Assembly (NCBI GenBank): GCA_963663965.2
Contig: CAXXFK010000022.1
Location: forward strand, 37,622 to 101,621
Direction: 5' to 3'
From: Sedimentisphaerales bacterium
GTDB taxonomy: Bacteria > Planctomycetota > Phycisphaerae > Sedimentisphaerales > SM23-30
DNA: 64,000 nucleotides
The notes under the pieces were generated by a model that was not told the origin of the DNA, did not search any database, and saw nothing but the letters and a program-made list of their open reading frames with translations. Of this stretch, positions 1 through 10,726 are shown one piece after another. Position 1 is the first letter of the stretch, and each line of letters starts with the position of its first letter. Made by a program: the position numbers and the translations under genes.

Positions 1-2583
1 TACGGTTCCAACAGTGAATTCGCGCCGCGGCTGGTGATATCTCAACTGGTCCCGCAGGAACAGGCGACCAGTCTGGCAGTTATCGGATTGCAGGAAGTAT
101 CCCCGGCAAGCGGCGGACAAACACAACCCCCGATTTACGATACGGCGGTAACCCGCCGGGTGACCACCGATCAATATTCCAAGCAGGACTACCCATCCAG
201 TGTGGCGGTGGGGGCCCCCTTTATCATGGAATATAATACCGGCGACCTGGAACCGGAAAACGCGATGGGCGCGATTGGCGAAGATGTCGAAAAGGTATAC
301 GATTTTGAACTTCCGGCGGGGACTTTGAGCGAGATCCGGGTACGCATGAAGCATTACCTGGTATTGCATACCAGCAGTATCGAGTCGGGCTGGTATGTCT
401 ATGTCAGCGATACCGCCGGCAGTGAACGCTATCTGATTGATGACTGTATTCCAATTGAGGGAGGCGGTGGAGAGGCGCCGCCGCCGGATTGCTGGTTTAT
501 TTTAAACGATCCGGCCGGGTTGGCCCTGTTTAATCCGGGTGAGACCAATTATATCAAGCTGTTATCGCATGATGTCGGACCGGATGACTGGTTGACTTTT
601 GACGCGATCGAGTTGATTGCCATTTATGAGGTGGATAGTGAACAGGATGATGTGAACCGGTATTATGTGCAGTTTGATCTGTCGGGCATCCCGGCGGACG
701 CCCAGATCGATTCGGCGCGTCTGAACCTGTTTGTGACCGATCCGGGTATGGGCGCTGAGGGTGAAGTGCATATCGTGAATCATCAATATTCACCGGAAAC
801 GGGTGCTTATACGATCTTTAACGCTGAGGATGCCAGTTATACCAGTCTGATGAATCCATATAAGACCTTTGCCGTGGATTCGACGGGTCTTTACCCAATC
901 AGTGTCAAGCCGGCATTGGAAGACGCGCTGGAAAACGCGACGGGGACTATCGCGTTTTTAGTGACGGAAAAACAGGAAAACGCGTTGTTCCTACTGGATG
1001 GTTCGGCGGGTGGGAATCCCCCGTCGCTGGATGTCTATTTGAAGAGCGGCGTGACGGGAGCCAGCGCCCAGTGGGGCGTTCTGGCGGGCGAAGAAGGGCG
1101 GTATCCGATCCGGGTACGAGCGACGGGGACGACCGGCGTGACCGGAGAATCCGATGTGATTACCGTCAATGTTGTGAATCCATGGATTCCGTATATCAAT
1201 AGTATCGAATGCCGTCATAGCGGTCAGTGGCAGGATTGCGCTAACCTAGGATATGGGGATGTGGTGGAAGCGATTCGAGTGGAAGCGGGCGATTTACAGG
1301 AAATCCCGCAGGTGACCGTTTCGTTGAAGAATCTCGATATGGACTGTCCGGTTGAAATGCCGGATTGCGGCGTGAAACTGCAAGGTGAAGGGATTCATGA
1401 TAATGGGCAATTTGTTTTAAATGGCCCGGCAACGCTGGATGGTTCGGGTCAGTGGCAGATTACCGCCCGGGCGGAAGACAGTAATGGCAATGTCAAAGAA
1501 AAGAAACTGCTCTGGACCATTCCCTGGGGTCGTCTGGAAAGTACGCTGGTGGATCCGAACAGTCTGTTCAATATCAGCAAGGGCACCAGCCGGATACTGC
1601 GGACGATAGTCCATTGTCTGGATGGTGATTGTCCGGATATTCAGACCCGGGCCATTCTGAATGACGCGATCACGTTGAGTTATGATGATGGCAGCGAAGA
1701 GGATTATGGCACAATCGGCGCGACGGAAGGGTATCTGGCGGTTAAGTTTACCCCAACGGTTTACCCGGCTTATCTGAACGCGGTCAGGATTTACGTTTAT
1801 GATGAGACGGCGTATCCATTTTATCTGCATGTCTGGGATGATAATGGGGGCGGAGGAGACCCTGGTACCCAGATGATGTCGCCCCTGTTCGTGCAACCGG
1901 TGGTCTCCAGCGCTCTTACGGTGGGCTGGTATGAGGTGGATCTGACGGGTAAGGATCTTGTCATTAACAATGGGAGTTTTTATGTTGGATTCAGTCATAT
2001 CAGTAATTCCCAGTTGAACGCGGTTGGATTCGATACCAACGGGCCGCGCTATACCCGGAGTTGGGGATATCTGGATTACTTTGGCGGGATCTGGTTTAAT
2101 TTGAATGATTATTGCAGTTTTTCGCCGGAATATTGCGGAAATCTGATGATCCGGGCGATCCTGGGGAATTCCAATGGGTATTCCGGAATTTTGCCGGAGA
2201 GCGCCGGAGAAGCGCCATATTATACCCGGGACTCTGCTGTGGGTAGTCGAATCGATTTGAATGCCGGTGATACCGCGGCCATTGATATCGATTTACACGC
2301 GGTTGGATACGGAAGTATCCCGGACCGCCTGACGGTATTGCATAATACTGCTTACAGTCTGGGGAAGAGTGCGGCGGTTGCCGTGCAGTTGCTTTCGCCT
2401 GTCAGTGATTATGATGCGGCCAATCTGGATGCCTATGGCGCGATTAATCTGGATGATATCCAGTATCTGGGGCAGCAGTGGCTTGGGGAAGGCAGTTCGC
2501 TGAACTGCGATATCAATCTGGACCAGAAGGTTGATATTCTCGATCTGACGGAACTGATTGAATGGTGGCTGGCGGCTGATTAG
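1..2583 (+). CDS. Large secreted multidomain protein, 5'-truncated (DNRLRE-like domain, C-terminal dockerin-like repeats)
   Basis: Frame is open from base 1. YVQFDLSGIPADAQIDSARLNLFV resembles DNRLRE domains. The C-terminus has two D/NxDxxxxxxDxxxLxxxWL repeats. Confidence 0.7.
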   Translation, partial: YGSNSEFAPRLVISQLVPQEQATSLAVIGLQEVSPASGGQTQPPIYDTAVTRRVTTDQYSKQDYPSSVAVGAPFIMEYNTGDLEPENAMGAIGEDVEKVYDFELPAGTLSEIRVRMKHYLVLHTSSIESGWYVYVSDTAGSERYLIDDCIPIEGGGGEAPPPDCWFILNDPAGLALFNPGETNYIKLLSHDVGPDDWLTFDAIELIAIYEVDSEQDDVNRYYVQFDLSGIPADAQIDSARLNLFVTDPGMGAEGEVHIVNHQYSPETGAYTIFNAEDASYTSLMNPYKTFAVDSTGLYPISVKPALEDALENATGTIAFLVTEKQENALFLLDGSAGGNPPSLDVYLKSGVTGASAQWGVLAGEEGRYPIRVRATGTTGVTGESDVITVNVVNPWIPYINSIECRHSGQWQDCANLGYGDVVEAIRVEAGDLQEIPQVTVSLKNLDMDCPVEMPDCGVKLQGEGIHDNGQFVLNGPATLDGSGQWQITARAEDSNGNVKEKKLLWTIPWGRLESTLVDPNSLFNISKGTSRILRTIVHCLDGDCPDIQTRAILNDAITLSYDDGSEEDYGTIGATEGYLAVKFTPTVYPAYLNAVRIYVYDETAYPFYLHVWDDNGGGGDPGTQMMSPLFVQPVVSSALTVGWYEVDLTGKDLVINNGSFYVGFSHISNSQLNAVGFDTNGPRYTRSWGYLDYFGGIWFNLNDYCSFSPEYCGNLMIRAILGNSNGYSGILPESAGEAPYYTRDSAVGSRIDLNAGDTAAIDIDLHAVGYGSIPDRLTVLHNTAYSLGKSAAVAVQLLSPVSDYDAANLDAYGAINLDDIQYLGQQWLGEGSSLNCDINLDQKVDILDLTELIEWWLAAD

Positions 2584-2607
2584 ATCATAACAATTAAAAA
2601 TAACTGA

Positions 2608-2655
2608 CAAAACGATAGTTTGCTGTCGATCTGCGATGGGAATTATCGTTTTTTT
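2608..2655 (+). terminator. Probable intrinsic terminator
   Basis: Stem AAAACGATAG...TTATCGTTTT followed by a T-run, just after the stop at 2583. Confidence 0.5.
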
Positions 2656-2809
2656 AACCTGGTCAATTGATCGGTTTATTAAAGAACTCCTTCGACACCC
2701 ATTATTGGGTCGTCCGGTTTAAAAGGTTGTAATTTGAAATTTAATTGTTATAGTCACATGCACGGTACGACTGCAAGAGAGTGATAGATAAAAGCTGAAC
2801 TCATTAGTT

Positions 2810-4522
2810 ATGACCGAAAAATCATCTAATAATATAGCAGGAAAGATAATCTCCTCTTTATTTGGAATATTTTTCCTTGGTATGTCGATCCAGTTTGCCC
2901 TGTCGATTATCGGGGAGGTCAGGCAGGAGTACCAAACCCGTTTCTGGACAGAGACACCCTGCCGGATTATTCAATCGGAAGTAGCCAAAGAACAGAATCG
3001 TTCCAAGCCCTATTGCGCAGCAATCACCTATCGTTACGACTATCAGGGGGAGACTTATGACAGCGATCAGCTGGAATTAAAACCGGAGTATTCTGGTGAT
3101 TATCAGAAAGCGCAGGCCCTGATCGATCGATATCCTGTTGACAGTGTGGCAGTCTGTTACGTTAATCCAGTCGATCCGGCACAGGCGATCTTACAGCACG
3201 GTTCTTTGAACGCAATCTGGGCGCTATTGTTTGTGACACCGTTTGTCCTGATTGGCGGGGCTCTGGTCCTTCTGCCCTGGTGGAGCAAGACCGGGCAAGC
3301 CGGGAAGCAGAAATCGGTGGCTCCCCAATCATTGACCCATCAGGTCCGACGTGGGGGGAGCGGCTGTTTAATCTGGTTTTTTGGACTTTTTTTACTGTCC
3401 GGTCTTGGTATTTTGTATGGCATGTTTGTTGTGCCCTGGCTGAATTATCGCGATTCATTAAACTGGACAGCATGTCCCTGTGTGATCGAATCATCGCAGG
3501 TCATCTCCCATTATGATGGCGATGGGACAACTTACAGTATCGATATTTTATATCGATATACTTTTAACGGTATCGAGCATAAGAGCAACCGGTACGACTT
3601 CTTTTCGGGGACAACCAGCGGACGCCGCAAATATCAGGCGATGGTCAACCGCTATCCGGCTGGTAGCGAGGGCCGCTGTTATGTCGATCCGGATGATCCA
3701 TCGCAAGCGGTACTGGAACGGGAATGGCTGCGTGACAAAATATTTTTATTGATACCGATGGTATTTGTTATTGCGGGACTGGCAGGGATTTATTTTGTTT
3801 TACGATCCCGGGGTTCCAGGAATAAATCGCGCATGAAGACGGGTACGGGATCCTATGGGACTGCCGATCAAAATCTCTGGCAGGATTATCAAAACATTGG
3901 AACCATCACGCTGAATTCGTATCAATCCCGTTTAAAAGACCTGGTATTGCGACTGGTTTTTGCATTATTCTGGAATGGCATCGTATCGATCTTTGTTGTC
4001 CATGTTGTCGGTGGGCATATGAAAGGGCGGCCGGAGTGGTTTTTAACGTTGTTTCTGATTCCTTTTGTTCTTATCGGATTATTTTTATTATTCTGGTTAT
4101 TTCATGGATTTCTTGCTGTATTCAATACTGCCATCCAATTAAGTCTATATCCGGCTCCTATACGACTTGGGGCGCAAGCTGAACTGAGGTGGGAGATTAC
4201 TCATGTCTCCTATCGACTGAAGCGCTTGATCATCCGTCTGGAAGGCCGTGAGGAAGTTACGGTTCAAGAGGGGAGCGGCAAGCGGCGCCGGGCCCAAATC
4301 AATCGAAGTAAGTTTTACGATGAGATATTATTTGAGCAAGCGTGTGATGCTGCTCCGATTGGCAGCGGTCAGGCAGTACTGGCCATCCCGGCGGATCTGA
4401 TGCATACTTTTAAATGTGGTAACAACCGGATTGTCTGGGAATTGCATGTTGAAGGCTTGGTGGATAAATGGCCGGATATTCATGATAAATATCTCATTAC
4501 CATTTTACCGATTTCTGAGTGA
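2810..4522 (+). CDS. Membrane protein with two DUF3592 repeats and a C-terminal beta-sandwich domain
   Basis: Two repeats of W..(T/C)PC.I..S.V...Y.Y...G..(Y/H).S...YP......CYV.P.DP.QA.L, flanked by TM helices. Confidence 0.75.
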   Translation: MTEKSSNNIAGKIISSLFGIFFLGMSIQFALSIIGEVRQEYQTRFWTETPCRIIQSEVAKEQNRSKPYCAAITYRYDYQGETYDSDQLELKPEYSGDYQKAQALIDRYPVDSVAVCYVNPVDPAQAILQHGSLNAIWALLFVTPFVLIGGALVLLPWWSKTGQAGKQKSVAPQSLTHQVRRGGSGCLIWFFGLFLLSGLGILYGMFVVPWLNYRDSLNWTACPCVIESSQVISHYDGDGTTYSIDILYRYTFNGIEHKSNRYDFFSGTTSGRRKYQAMVNRYPAGSEGRCYVDPDDPSQAVLEREWLRDKIFLLIPMVFVIAGLAGIYFVLRSRGSRNKSRMKTGTGSYGTADQNLWQDYQNIGTITLNSYQSRLKDLVLRLVFALFWNGIVSIFVVHVVGGHMKGRPEWFLTLFLIPFVLIGLFLLFWLFHGFLAVFNTAIQLSLYPAPIRLGAQAELRWEITHVSYRLKRLIIRLEGREEVTVQEGSGKRRRAQINRSKFYDEILFEQACDAAPIGSGQAVLAIPADLMHTFKCGNNRIVWELHVEGLVDKWPDIHDKYLITILPISE

Positions 4523-4896
4523 ACACCATGAACTTAATGACACTGACACTATACGATACTGAGAATCAACCAGCGCCGGGAGGGGCATTAAAAGGAGTTG
4601 CCGAATGGGAACTTGATGCGGAACCGGACCAACTGACTCTGGCGTTGATTTATTTTGTGGAGAGCCGGGCCGATGAAAGCCCGGTGTTGGTGGACAGCCA
4701 CGAATGGGAAACGCCGGGTAGACAAGGCCGGCAAGAATTTACGTTTCAGCTGCCTCAATCACCCTATAGTTTTAAAGGAAAACTGATGACTTTAAAGTGG
4801 GCAGTGGAACTGACCACTGCTGAGTCGAATCTGTTTGAGCGTTGCGAATTTGTCTTAACTCCCACTGGCCAGGAAATTCAGTTGTCTAAGGTTTGA
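4519..4896 (+). CDS. Hypothetical protein, arrestin/SpoOM-like beta-sandwich
   Basis: GTGA overlap with the upstream stop. FTFQLPQSPYSFKGKLMTLKW resembles the C-terminal domain of the upstream protein. Confidence 0.6.
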   Translation: MNTMNLMTLTLYDTENQPAPGGALKGVAEWELDAEPDQLTLALIYFVESRADESPVLVDSHEWETPGRQGRQEFTFQLPQSPYSFKGKLMTLKWAVELTTAESNLFERCEFVLTPTGQEIQLSKV

Positions 4897-4934
4897 TTAA
4901 CGATAAGGCCAATACAATAAGAAAGGAGACTGAT

Positions 4935-5765
4935 ATGTCGCATCCATTATCTTTGATTTTAGGTGTTCTGTTCTTTCCGGTCACTCTGTTCGGCAGTTGG
5001 GTCGTGGTGCATCCCCAGGAGGAAAAACTTGTATTGATCTGGGGACATCTGTGGAAAGTCATTAAGACGCCCAGTTTGAGTTTTATTAATCTGTTTGGAC
5101 GGCGGATCATCGCGATCAGCACCAAACAACAAGCGATCGAGTTGCATAAGACGACCGTGGCTGACGCGAACGCCAATCCGATTATTGTGGCAGGGATCTG
5201 TACCTTTCGAGTGGTCGATTCGGTTAAGGCGGCGTTGGAGGTAGAGGATTATCATCTGTTTGTCCGGTCCCAGGCGGTGGCAGTATTGAAACAGGTGGCG
5301 TCGAAATATCCCTATGAATCGCCCGATGGCCACAGTTTGAAAGATGAGGCGGTGAAGATCAGCCAGGAAATGGTGGGGATTCTGAGCAAGAAGGTCGCAT
5401 CGGCCGGGGTGGAAATTATTTCCTATGAACTGTCGGATTTGTCGTACGCGCCAGAAATTGCCCAGGCGATGCTGGTGCGTCAGCAGGCCCAGGCGCTGGT
5501 GGGGGCGCGGAAGATTATTGTGGAAGGCGCGGTAGAAATTGTCAAAGAGGCCATGTCGCATTTGAAGCAGAGTCATATTCAGATCGATCCATTACATCAG
5601 TCGAAGGTGGTGGGGAATCTGTTGGCGATCATCTGTGGCGAGGCCAAAGTGCAACCGACATATGAAATTCAGGATTATGATTCGGAAGATCAGGGCGCCC
5701 AGATGCATAAGATGAATGAACATCTGGCGGAGATTCGCAAAATCCTCAAGGAGCAGAAAGGCTAG
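4935..5765 (+). CDS. SPFH/Band 7 domain protein
   Basis: AAGGAG RBS before ATG 4935. Motifs DANANPI and LSYAPEIAQAMLVRQQAQA are typical of SPFH proteins. Confidence 0.85.
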   Translation: MSHPLSLILGVLFFPVTLFGSWVVVHPQEEKLVLIWGHLWKVIKTPSLSFINLFGRRIIAISTKQQAIELHKTTVADANANPIIVAGICTFRVVDSVKAALEVEDYHLFVRSQAVAVLKQVASKYPYESPDGHSLKDEAVKISQEMVGILSKKVASAGVEIISYELSDLSYAPEIAQAMLVRQQAQALVGARKIIVEGAVEIVKEAMSHLKQSHIQIDPLHQSKVVGNLLAIICGEAKVQPTYEIQDYDSEDQGAQMHKMNEHLAEIRKILKEQKG

Positions 5766-5768
5766 CCA

Positions 5769-7460
5769 TCAGTTGGCGGCCGCCAGTTGATATTCGGTCA
5801 GGATGTTATCCATATCCGGTTGAAGGAAGACCTCGGCCAGTTCCGGATCGAACTGGGTGCCGCTGAACCGCCTGATTTCAGCCAGCGCCATATCCAGCGG
5901 CATGGCATTGCGATAGTGGCGGTTGGAGATCATGGCGTCGAAGGAATCGGCCAGCATGACAATGCGGCCGGACAGCGGGATTTCAGTACCACGCAAACCG
6001 CGCGGGTATCCTCTGCCATCGTAACGCTCGTGATGACTCAGAACGGTTTCCCTGACTTCGGCCATCTGTTTGATTTCTTTGAGGATATTGAATCCAATCT
6101 GGGGATGCTTTTTGATTTGTTCGTATTCATCATCGGTGAGACGGCCCGGTTTGCACAAGACGGCTTCACTGACACCGATTTTACCGACATCATGCAGTAA
6201 ACCGGCCAGATAAATGGTGTCGATCTGCTGAGGTGACAGGCCGATTCGTTCGGCGATGCTGCGGGAAATCAGGGCGACACGCTGAGAATGGCCGCAGGTA
6301 TAGGGGTCTTTGGCGTCGATGCTGTTGGTCAGAGCTCCCAGCGAGCCCAGCAGCAGTTCCTGCATGTCGTCGTATAAGCTGCGGTTTTCCAGAAAGACGG
6401 CCAGTTCGACCGCGACGAGATCCAGCAGTTTGACATCGATGCTGTTGAAATCCGGACGGGTCTGTTTATTCACGGCAACCAGAAAACCGAATACCTTTCG
6501 GTCAAGCTGGATGGGCATGAGGATCACGTTTTTGATGGGATCCGGCCAGCGATGCTGCATTGGGCTGTCTACGCTGCCGTCAATTAAATAGGGCTTGTTG
6601 TTTTCAATCAATTCGAGTGCCCGATCCCAAAGATAGCGGAACTGGGATTCGCTGAAGGAAATCTGTCGACAGGACGTCACGGAGGGCAACAAGTCGCCAA
6701 AATCATCCGGACTAATTTTTCGACCGGAATTGTTTTGTCTGTTCCAGAACAGGAGCATATCATTGCATTCGAGCACTTCGCTTAACTGGCTGACCAGTTG
6801 ATCAAAGTACCGATTCAGGTCCTGAGTCAGGCGCATATTATCCGTCATTTTATGCAAGAGGGCCAGCTCTTCGTAGCATTGCACCAGGGATTGACTCAGG
6901 GCTTCAATTTCGCCATTCTGGCGGGACAGATCCATCGAGCGGCCAATCAGGTGCTGGATGATCACCGAGACCAAACTGGCAGTGCGTTCGGATGAGAATG
7001 TCTGTCCCAGGGTATTGCGGAAAAAGAGTTCACTATCGACCCCGAAACGATCGCAGGTTCGCTGAAAGGCTTCGGTTTTTTTCTGAGCCAGGCTATTGAG
7101 ACAGACAAACAGGCAGGCGGACCGCCGGAAATCTTCATGAACGGGCAGCATCATAAACTGGCCCTGTCGAGGGCAGGCGCCCAGAAAAATTTTACCCTGA
7201 TCGTTTAAATCCTCGATCATCCCGCCCTGTTCAATCCATTCCTGTACTCCTTCTTCGCTGGATAGTTTTTTCATCAGTTGAGTGTTGCGGGAAGGGCAAT
7301 TTTCACAGAGGCCTTCGCCGGCGCATTCGTTGAGGGAATACGGTTTTCCGATGTTGTCAATCAATATCGCCGGCAGGTGCAAACCGTTTAGCAGGCGGAT
7401 AATCTCGCGGCAAGCTGCAATACTGAAATGGCGGGTATTCTGTAAAACTGAAAGTTGCAT
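5769..7460 (-). CDS. GAF + HD-GYP domain phosphodiesterase (probably c-di-GMP)
   Basis: DAKDPYTCGHSQRV, HDVGKIG, HHERYDGRGYPRGL; a GAF-like segment lies upstream. Confidence 0.9.
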   Translation of the reverse strand: MQLSVLQNTRHFSIAACREIIRLLNGLHLPAILIDNIGKPYSLNECAGEGLCENCPSRNTQLMKKLSSEEGVQEWIEQGGMIEDLNDQGKIFLGACPRQGQFMMLPVHEDFRRSACLFVCLNSLAQKKTEAFQRTCDRFGVDSELFFRNTLGQTFSSERTASLVSVIIQHLIGRSMDLSRQNGEIEALSQSLVQCYEELALLHKMTDNMRLTQDLNRYFDQLVSQLSEVLECNDMLLFWNRQNNSGRKISPDDFGDLLPSVTSCRQISFSESQFRYLWDRALELIENNKPYLIDGSVDSPMQHRWPDPIKNVILMPIQLDRKVFGFLVAVNKQTRPDFNSIDVKLLDLVAVELAVFLENRSLYDDMQELLLGSLGALTNSIDAKDPYTCGHSQRVALISRSIAERIGLSPQQIDTIYLAGLLHDVGKIGVSEAVLCKPGRLTDDEYEQIKKHPQIGFNILKEIKQMAEVRETVLSHHERYDGRGYPRGLRGTEIPLSGRIVMLADSFDAMISNRHYRNAMPLDMALAEIRRFSGTQFDPELAEVFLQPDMDNILTEYQLAAAN

Positions 7461-7523
7461 GGTGACAGAATGGTATGGCGATCAATCGATGCTGAGTGCT
7501 GATCCGGATAATCCGGTCAGCAT

Positions 7524-7898
7524 TCACGCCGTTACCAGGATTTCCTCCACGATATGTAATAATTCACGCGGGCCGAACGGTTTATTAATGCAAACCCGCA
7601 CTCCGATTTCGTTCATTTCATTTTCGTCCAGAGAAAAGCCTCTGGCGGTCAGCATGACTGCTGGAATATGGCGAGTTGACGGCAGTTGTTTCAGGCGCCG
7701 GCAAAGTTCCAGGCCGGACAGGAATGGCATCTGGTAATCGGTAATGACCAAATCGGGCAGCTCAAACTGGGCGCGCTCCAGCGCTTCTTTGCCATTGCGA
7801 GCGGTGAGTACATCATAGCCGGCATTACGGAATTTGAGAGAAATGACATGCAGGATATGAATTTCATCATCCACTACCAAAATTTTTGCTTTTGCCAT
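7524..7898 (-). CDS. Single-domain response regulator (receiver)
   Basis: ILVVDDE, DLVITDYQMP, KPF motifs. Confidence 0.92.
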   Translation of the reverse strand: MAKAKILVVDDEIHILHVISLKFRNAGYDVLTARNGKEALERAQFELPDLVITDYQMPFLSGLELCRRLKQLPSTRHIPAVMLTARGFSLDENEMNEIGVRVCINKPFGPRELLHIVEEILVTA

Positions 7899-7928
7899 CG
7901 GGTGGCTCCTGATATTAGATGTTCGAGC

Positions 7929-9428
7929 TTAATGGAGTGTCTGCCGGCAGTATTCCTCACACAGTGAGTCGGGCAGCAGTTCGGGATCATTCATACGCGG
8001 CAATCTGACGGTAAAGCAACTACCCTGTCCCGGTTTACTATGCAGGGTGATCGCGCCATGATGGACTGTTTCGACAACCTGGCGCACCAGATTGAGGCCC
8101 AGACCGGTGCCGCTGGCCAGTTGCGCATGGGCCGGAACTCGATAAAACTTTTCAAAAATGCGTTCATGGTCTTCGGGGGTGATGCCATAACCCTGATCTT
8201 CGATCTCCATGACAGTCCATTCTTCTTCATGCCGGGCCCGCAGAGAGATCCGGGATCGTTCGGGGGAGTATTTAACAGCATTGCCGATCAGGTTGGCGAA
8301 TACCTGAAACATCATATCCCGATCGGCAAACAGGATCATTTCCGGTTCATCCATTGACGTATCGAGGGCGATCTGTTTGTCCTGTAATTGCGGGTTCATC
8401 ATAAATATAACATCGTCAAACAAGGCGGCGATATTAAGCGGCTGTTTATTTTCGCGCCAGCGTCCGGCTTCAATTTTGGAGAGATTCAGGATATTATCGA
8501 TCATTCGATTCAGGCGTAGAGACTGATCCTGAATGATATCGCAGAACGACCGGGCTGTCTGGGGCGAACCGGCTTCGTTATCGGCCAGCATTTCGGCATA
8601 AGCGCGGATACTGGCCAGCGGTGTTTTCAATTCGTGGGAAACGGAGTTGATAATGTCATCTTTCATACGTGACATTTCCCGTTCAGCCGTTATATCATGA
8701 ATAATTACTACTACTCCTACAGGCCTCTCATTGTCATTCAGCACACAGGAAGCCATGACCTTAAGGATGATTTCGCGTCCAGTTATCGGATGTGTCCGCA
8801 CCAGTTGTTCGGTGCGGTTGCTGGAGCGTTCACTCTGAACCCGATAGATCAGAGCCAACAGTTCCCGGTCATTGACGGCCAGATCGATCGGCTCGCGGTA
8901 ATTGAATTCCTGACTGAAGTCAAAGATGTCCTCGGCAGCGGGATTGGCCAGCAGTAATTCATTGTTGGGATCCACGACGATGACTGCTTCGGAGATGCTG
9001 TAAAAAATCGCTTCAGCCTGGCGTTTTTCCGCTTCGGCGACATCGACCCGGATATTCAGTTCACGGAGCCAGTCCTGTTCCTGTTGCGTTTGAAAACGGA
9101 TGCCGGTCAGGTAACGATTCAGCGCACTGCTGAGCCGCATCAGTTCCTCGTTTTCATCGATCATAATCATACCGATTTGCCGATCCCGATCCAGGCGGTC
9201 AATCTGACGGGTGATACTGCGAATCGCACAGAGGTGATTGTGGCAGATGCTGACGACAATCAACAGGGCGATGAATGACGCCGCCGCCGCCGTGGTCAAC
9301 GCCAGCCAGAGCGGAAACGCGTCGTGTAACCAGGCATGCAGGAGAAAACCGGCACAACCGGTTCCTGAAGCGACCAATACAATCGTTCCTAATAGTATGG
9401 TTAGCTTATTGATCGACATTGCCATCAT
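7929..9428 (-). CDS. Membrane PAS sensor histidine kinase
   Basis: Two N-terminal TM segments, PAS region, H-box SHELKTPL, N-box NLIGNAVKY, G-boxes DQGYGI and GTGLGL. Confidence 0.92.
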   Translation of the reverse strand: MMAMSINKLTILLGTIVLVASGTGCAGFLLHAWLHDAFPLWLALTTAAAASFIALLIVVSICHNHLCAIRSITRQIDRLDRDRQIGMIMIDENEELMRLSSALNRYLTGIRFQTQQEQDWLRELNIRVDVAEAEKRQAEAIFYSISEAVIVVDPNNELLLANPAAEDIFDFSQEFNYREPIDLAVNDRELLALIYRVQSERSSNRTEQLVRTHPITGREIILKVMASCVLNDNERPVGVVVIIHDITAEREMSRMKDDIINSVSHELKTPLASIRAYAEMLADNEAGSPQTARSFCDIIQDQSLRLNRMIDNILNLSKIEAGRWRENKQPLNIAALFDDVIFMMNPQLQDKQIALDTSMDEPEMILFADRDMMFQVFANLIGNAVKYSPERSRISLRARHEEEWTVMEIEDQGYGITPEDHERIFEKFYRVPAHAQLASGTGLGLNLVRQVVETVHHGAITLHSKPGQGSCFTVRLPRMNDPELLPDSLCEEYCRQTLH

Positions 9429-9469
9429 CTATTCCATACCGCCACGACCTGACAGTATTGAATTTCCGG

Positions 9470-10696
9470 TTAATAATTGTTGGGTAGCGATCCGGCCGTT
9501 TCCACCTTTTCGATTTGCTGTGACAGTCGCAGGGCAATCGGATTAGCAGGATCGATTTCCAGCGCCTGAGCGAGCGCCGCTCGCGCTTCGACCACCGAGC
9601 CCTGGCTTAATTTCAATCGGCAAATCATGGTATAGACCAGGGGATCCCGGGGAGCCAGGCTTCTGGCCTTAATCAGGTCGTTTTGAGCGCTCTGACCGGC
9701 CCCGATCATGATATTGACATAGGCGCTGAGGACGTATGTTTCGGGATCGGTGTCATTCAGTTGAAGCGCCCGTTCGATCCAGATGCGGCTGCGACTCCAG
9801 TCTTTGAGGCCGGTAGCGGTCTGGGCCAGCCGCTTATAGATGGCCGCGTCGTTCGGACGGTGGTCTCTGACCCGTTCGAACTGGCGCTGGGCCAGGCGGT
9901 ATCGTTCCAGCAGCAGATAACATTCCCCCATAGCCAGATGCCGGGCAATCAACGCGTCGGTATCAGCAGAATCAGAGGTCTCGAGTTTTTCGAAGTAGTT
10001 GAGAGCAATCTGGGGTTTGCCGTTTTTTAAGGATATATACGCGCACGCTTCGATCAATTCCGGATCATCCGGTTGCAGCAGCAATGCCTTGCGGTACATA
10101 TTTTCGGCGCGTTCATTCATTTCGAGGCTGGCCAAAACCTGAGCCGCGACGTAGAATAGACGTGTATCCTGGCGTCCCTGTTCCAGGGGGCGGTTGAGAA
10201 TGTCCAGCGCTTCGCCAAGCCGGTTGCCGGCGGCCAGGGTCTGGGCCAGGGCAATGGTATAGGGGAGATAATCGGGTTCGAGCTCGGCGGCTTTGCGATA
10301 GCTGTCGATGGCCCGATCATTTTCTCCCGAACGCTCGTTGAAAATTCCCCGGACGTAGTAATTTTCCGGGTCGTTTGGATTGAGGTGTTGCGCCAGACTC
10401 AAATTGGAAGCGGCGTCATCCACCTGTCCCAGTTCCAGTTGAACCCGTGCCATGATCAGCCAGGCGGGTCCATAATTTTTATCCAATCCAGTCGCTTCCT
10501 GAGCGCTGAGCAGCGCTTTCTGGAACTGGCCGTTTTCGTACTGTTGACGGGCCAGGTCGACGGCCAGTTTGACGCGGGTTTGATTCCAACGCGCGAGGGC
10601 GGCATTTTTATTTTTCTGATGCTGAGAATCGCATCCGCATAAAAATACCGCCCAGGCGATACATCCAATGGTTATCCAGAGCGACTTGCCTCTCAT
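9470..10696 (-). CDS. TPR-repeat lipoprotein (possible pilotin-like secretin partner)
   Basis: Lipobox-like FLCGC, many TPR-like repeats, directly downstream of the secretin gene. Confidence 0.75.
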   Translation of the reverse strand: MRGKSLWITIGCIAWAVFLCGCDSQHQKNKNAALARWNQTRVKLAVDLARQQYENGQFQKALLSAQEATGLDKNYGPAWLIMARVQLELGQVDDAASNLSLAQHLNPNDPENYYVRGIFNERSGENDRAIDSYRKAAELEPDYLPYTIALAQTLAAGNRLGEALDILNRPLEQGRQDTRLFYVAAQVLASLEMNERAENMYRKALLLQPDDPELIEACAYISLKNGKPQIALNYFEKLETSDSADTDALIARHLAMGECYLLLERYRLAQRQFERVRDHRPNDAAIYKRLAQTATGLKDWSRSRIWIERALQLNDTDPETYVLSAYVNIMIGAGQSAQNDLIKARSLAPRDPLVYTMICRLKLSQGSVVEARAALAQALEIDPANPIALRLSQQIEKVETAGSLPNNY

Positions 10697-10726
10697 AGGC
10701 GCCGATTCCTTTTGTTAGAGATTAGT

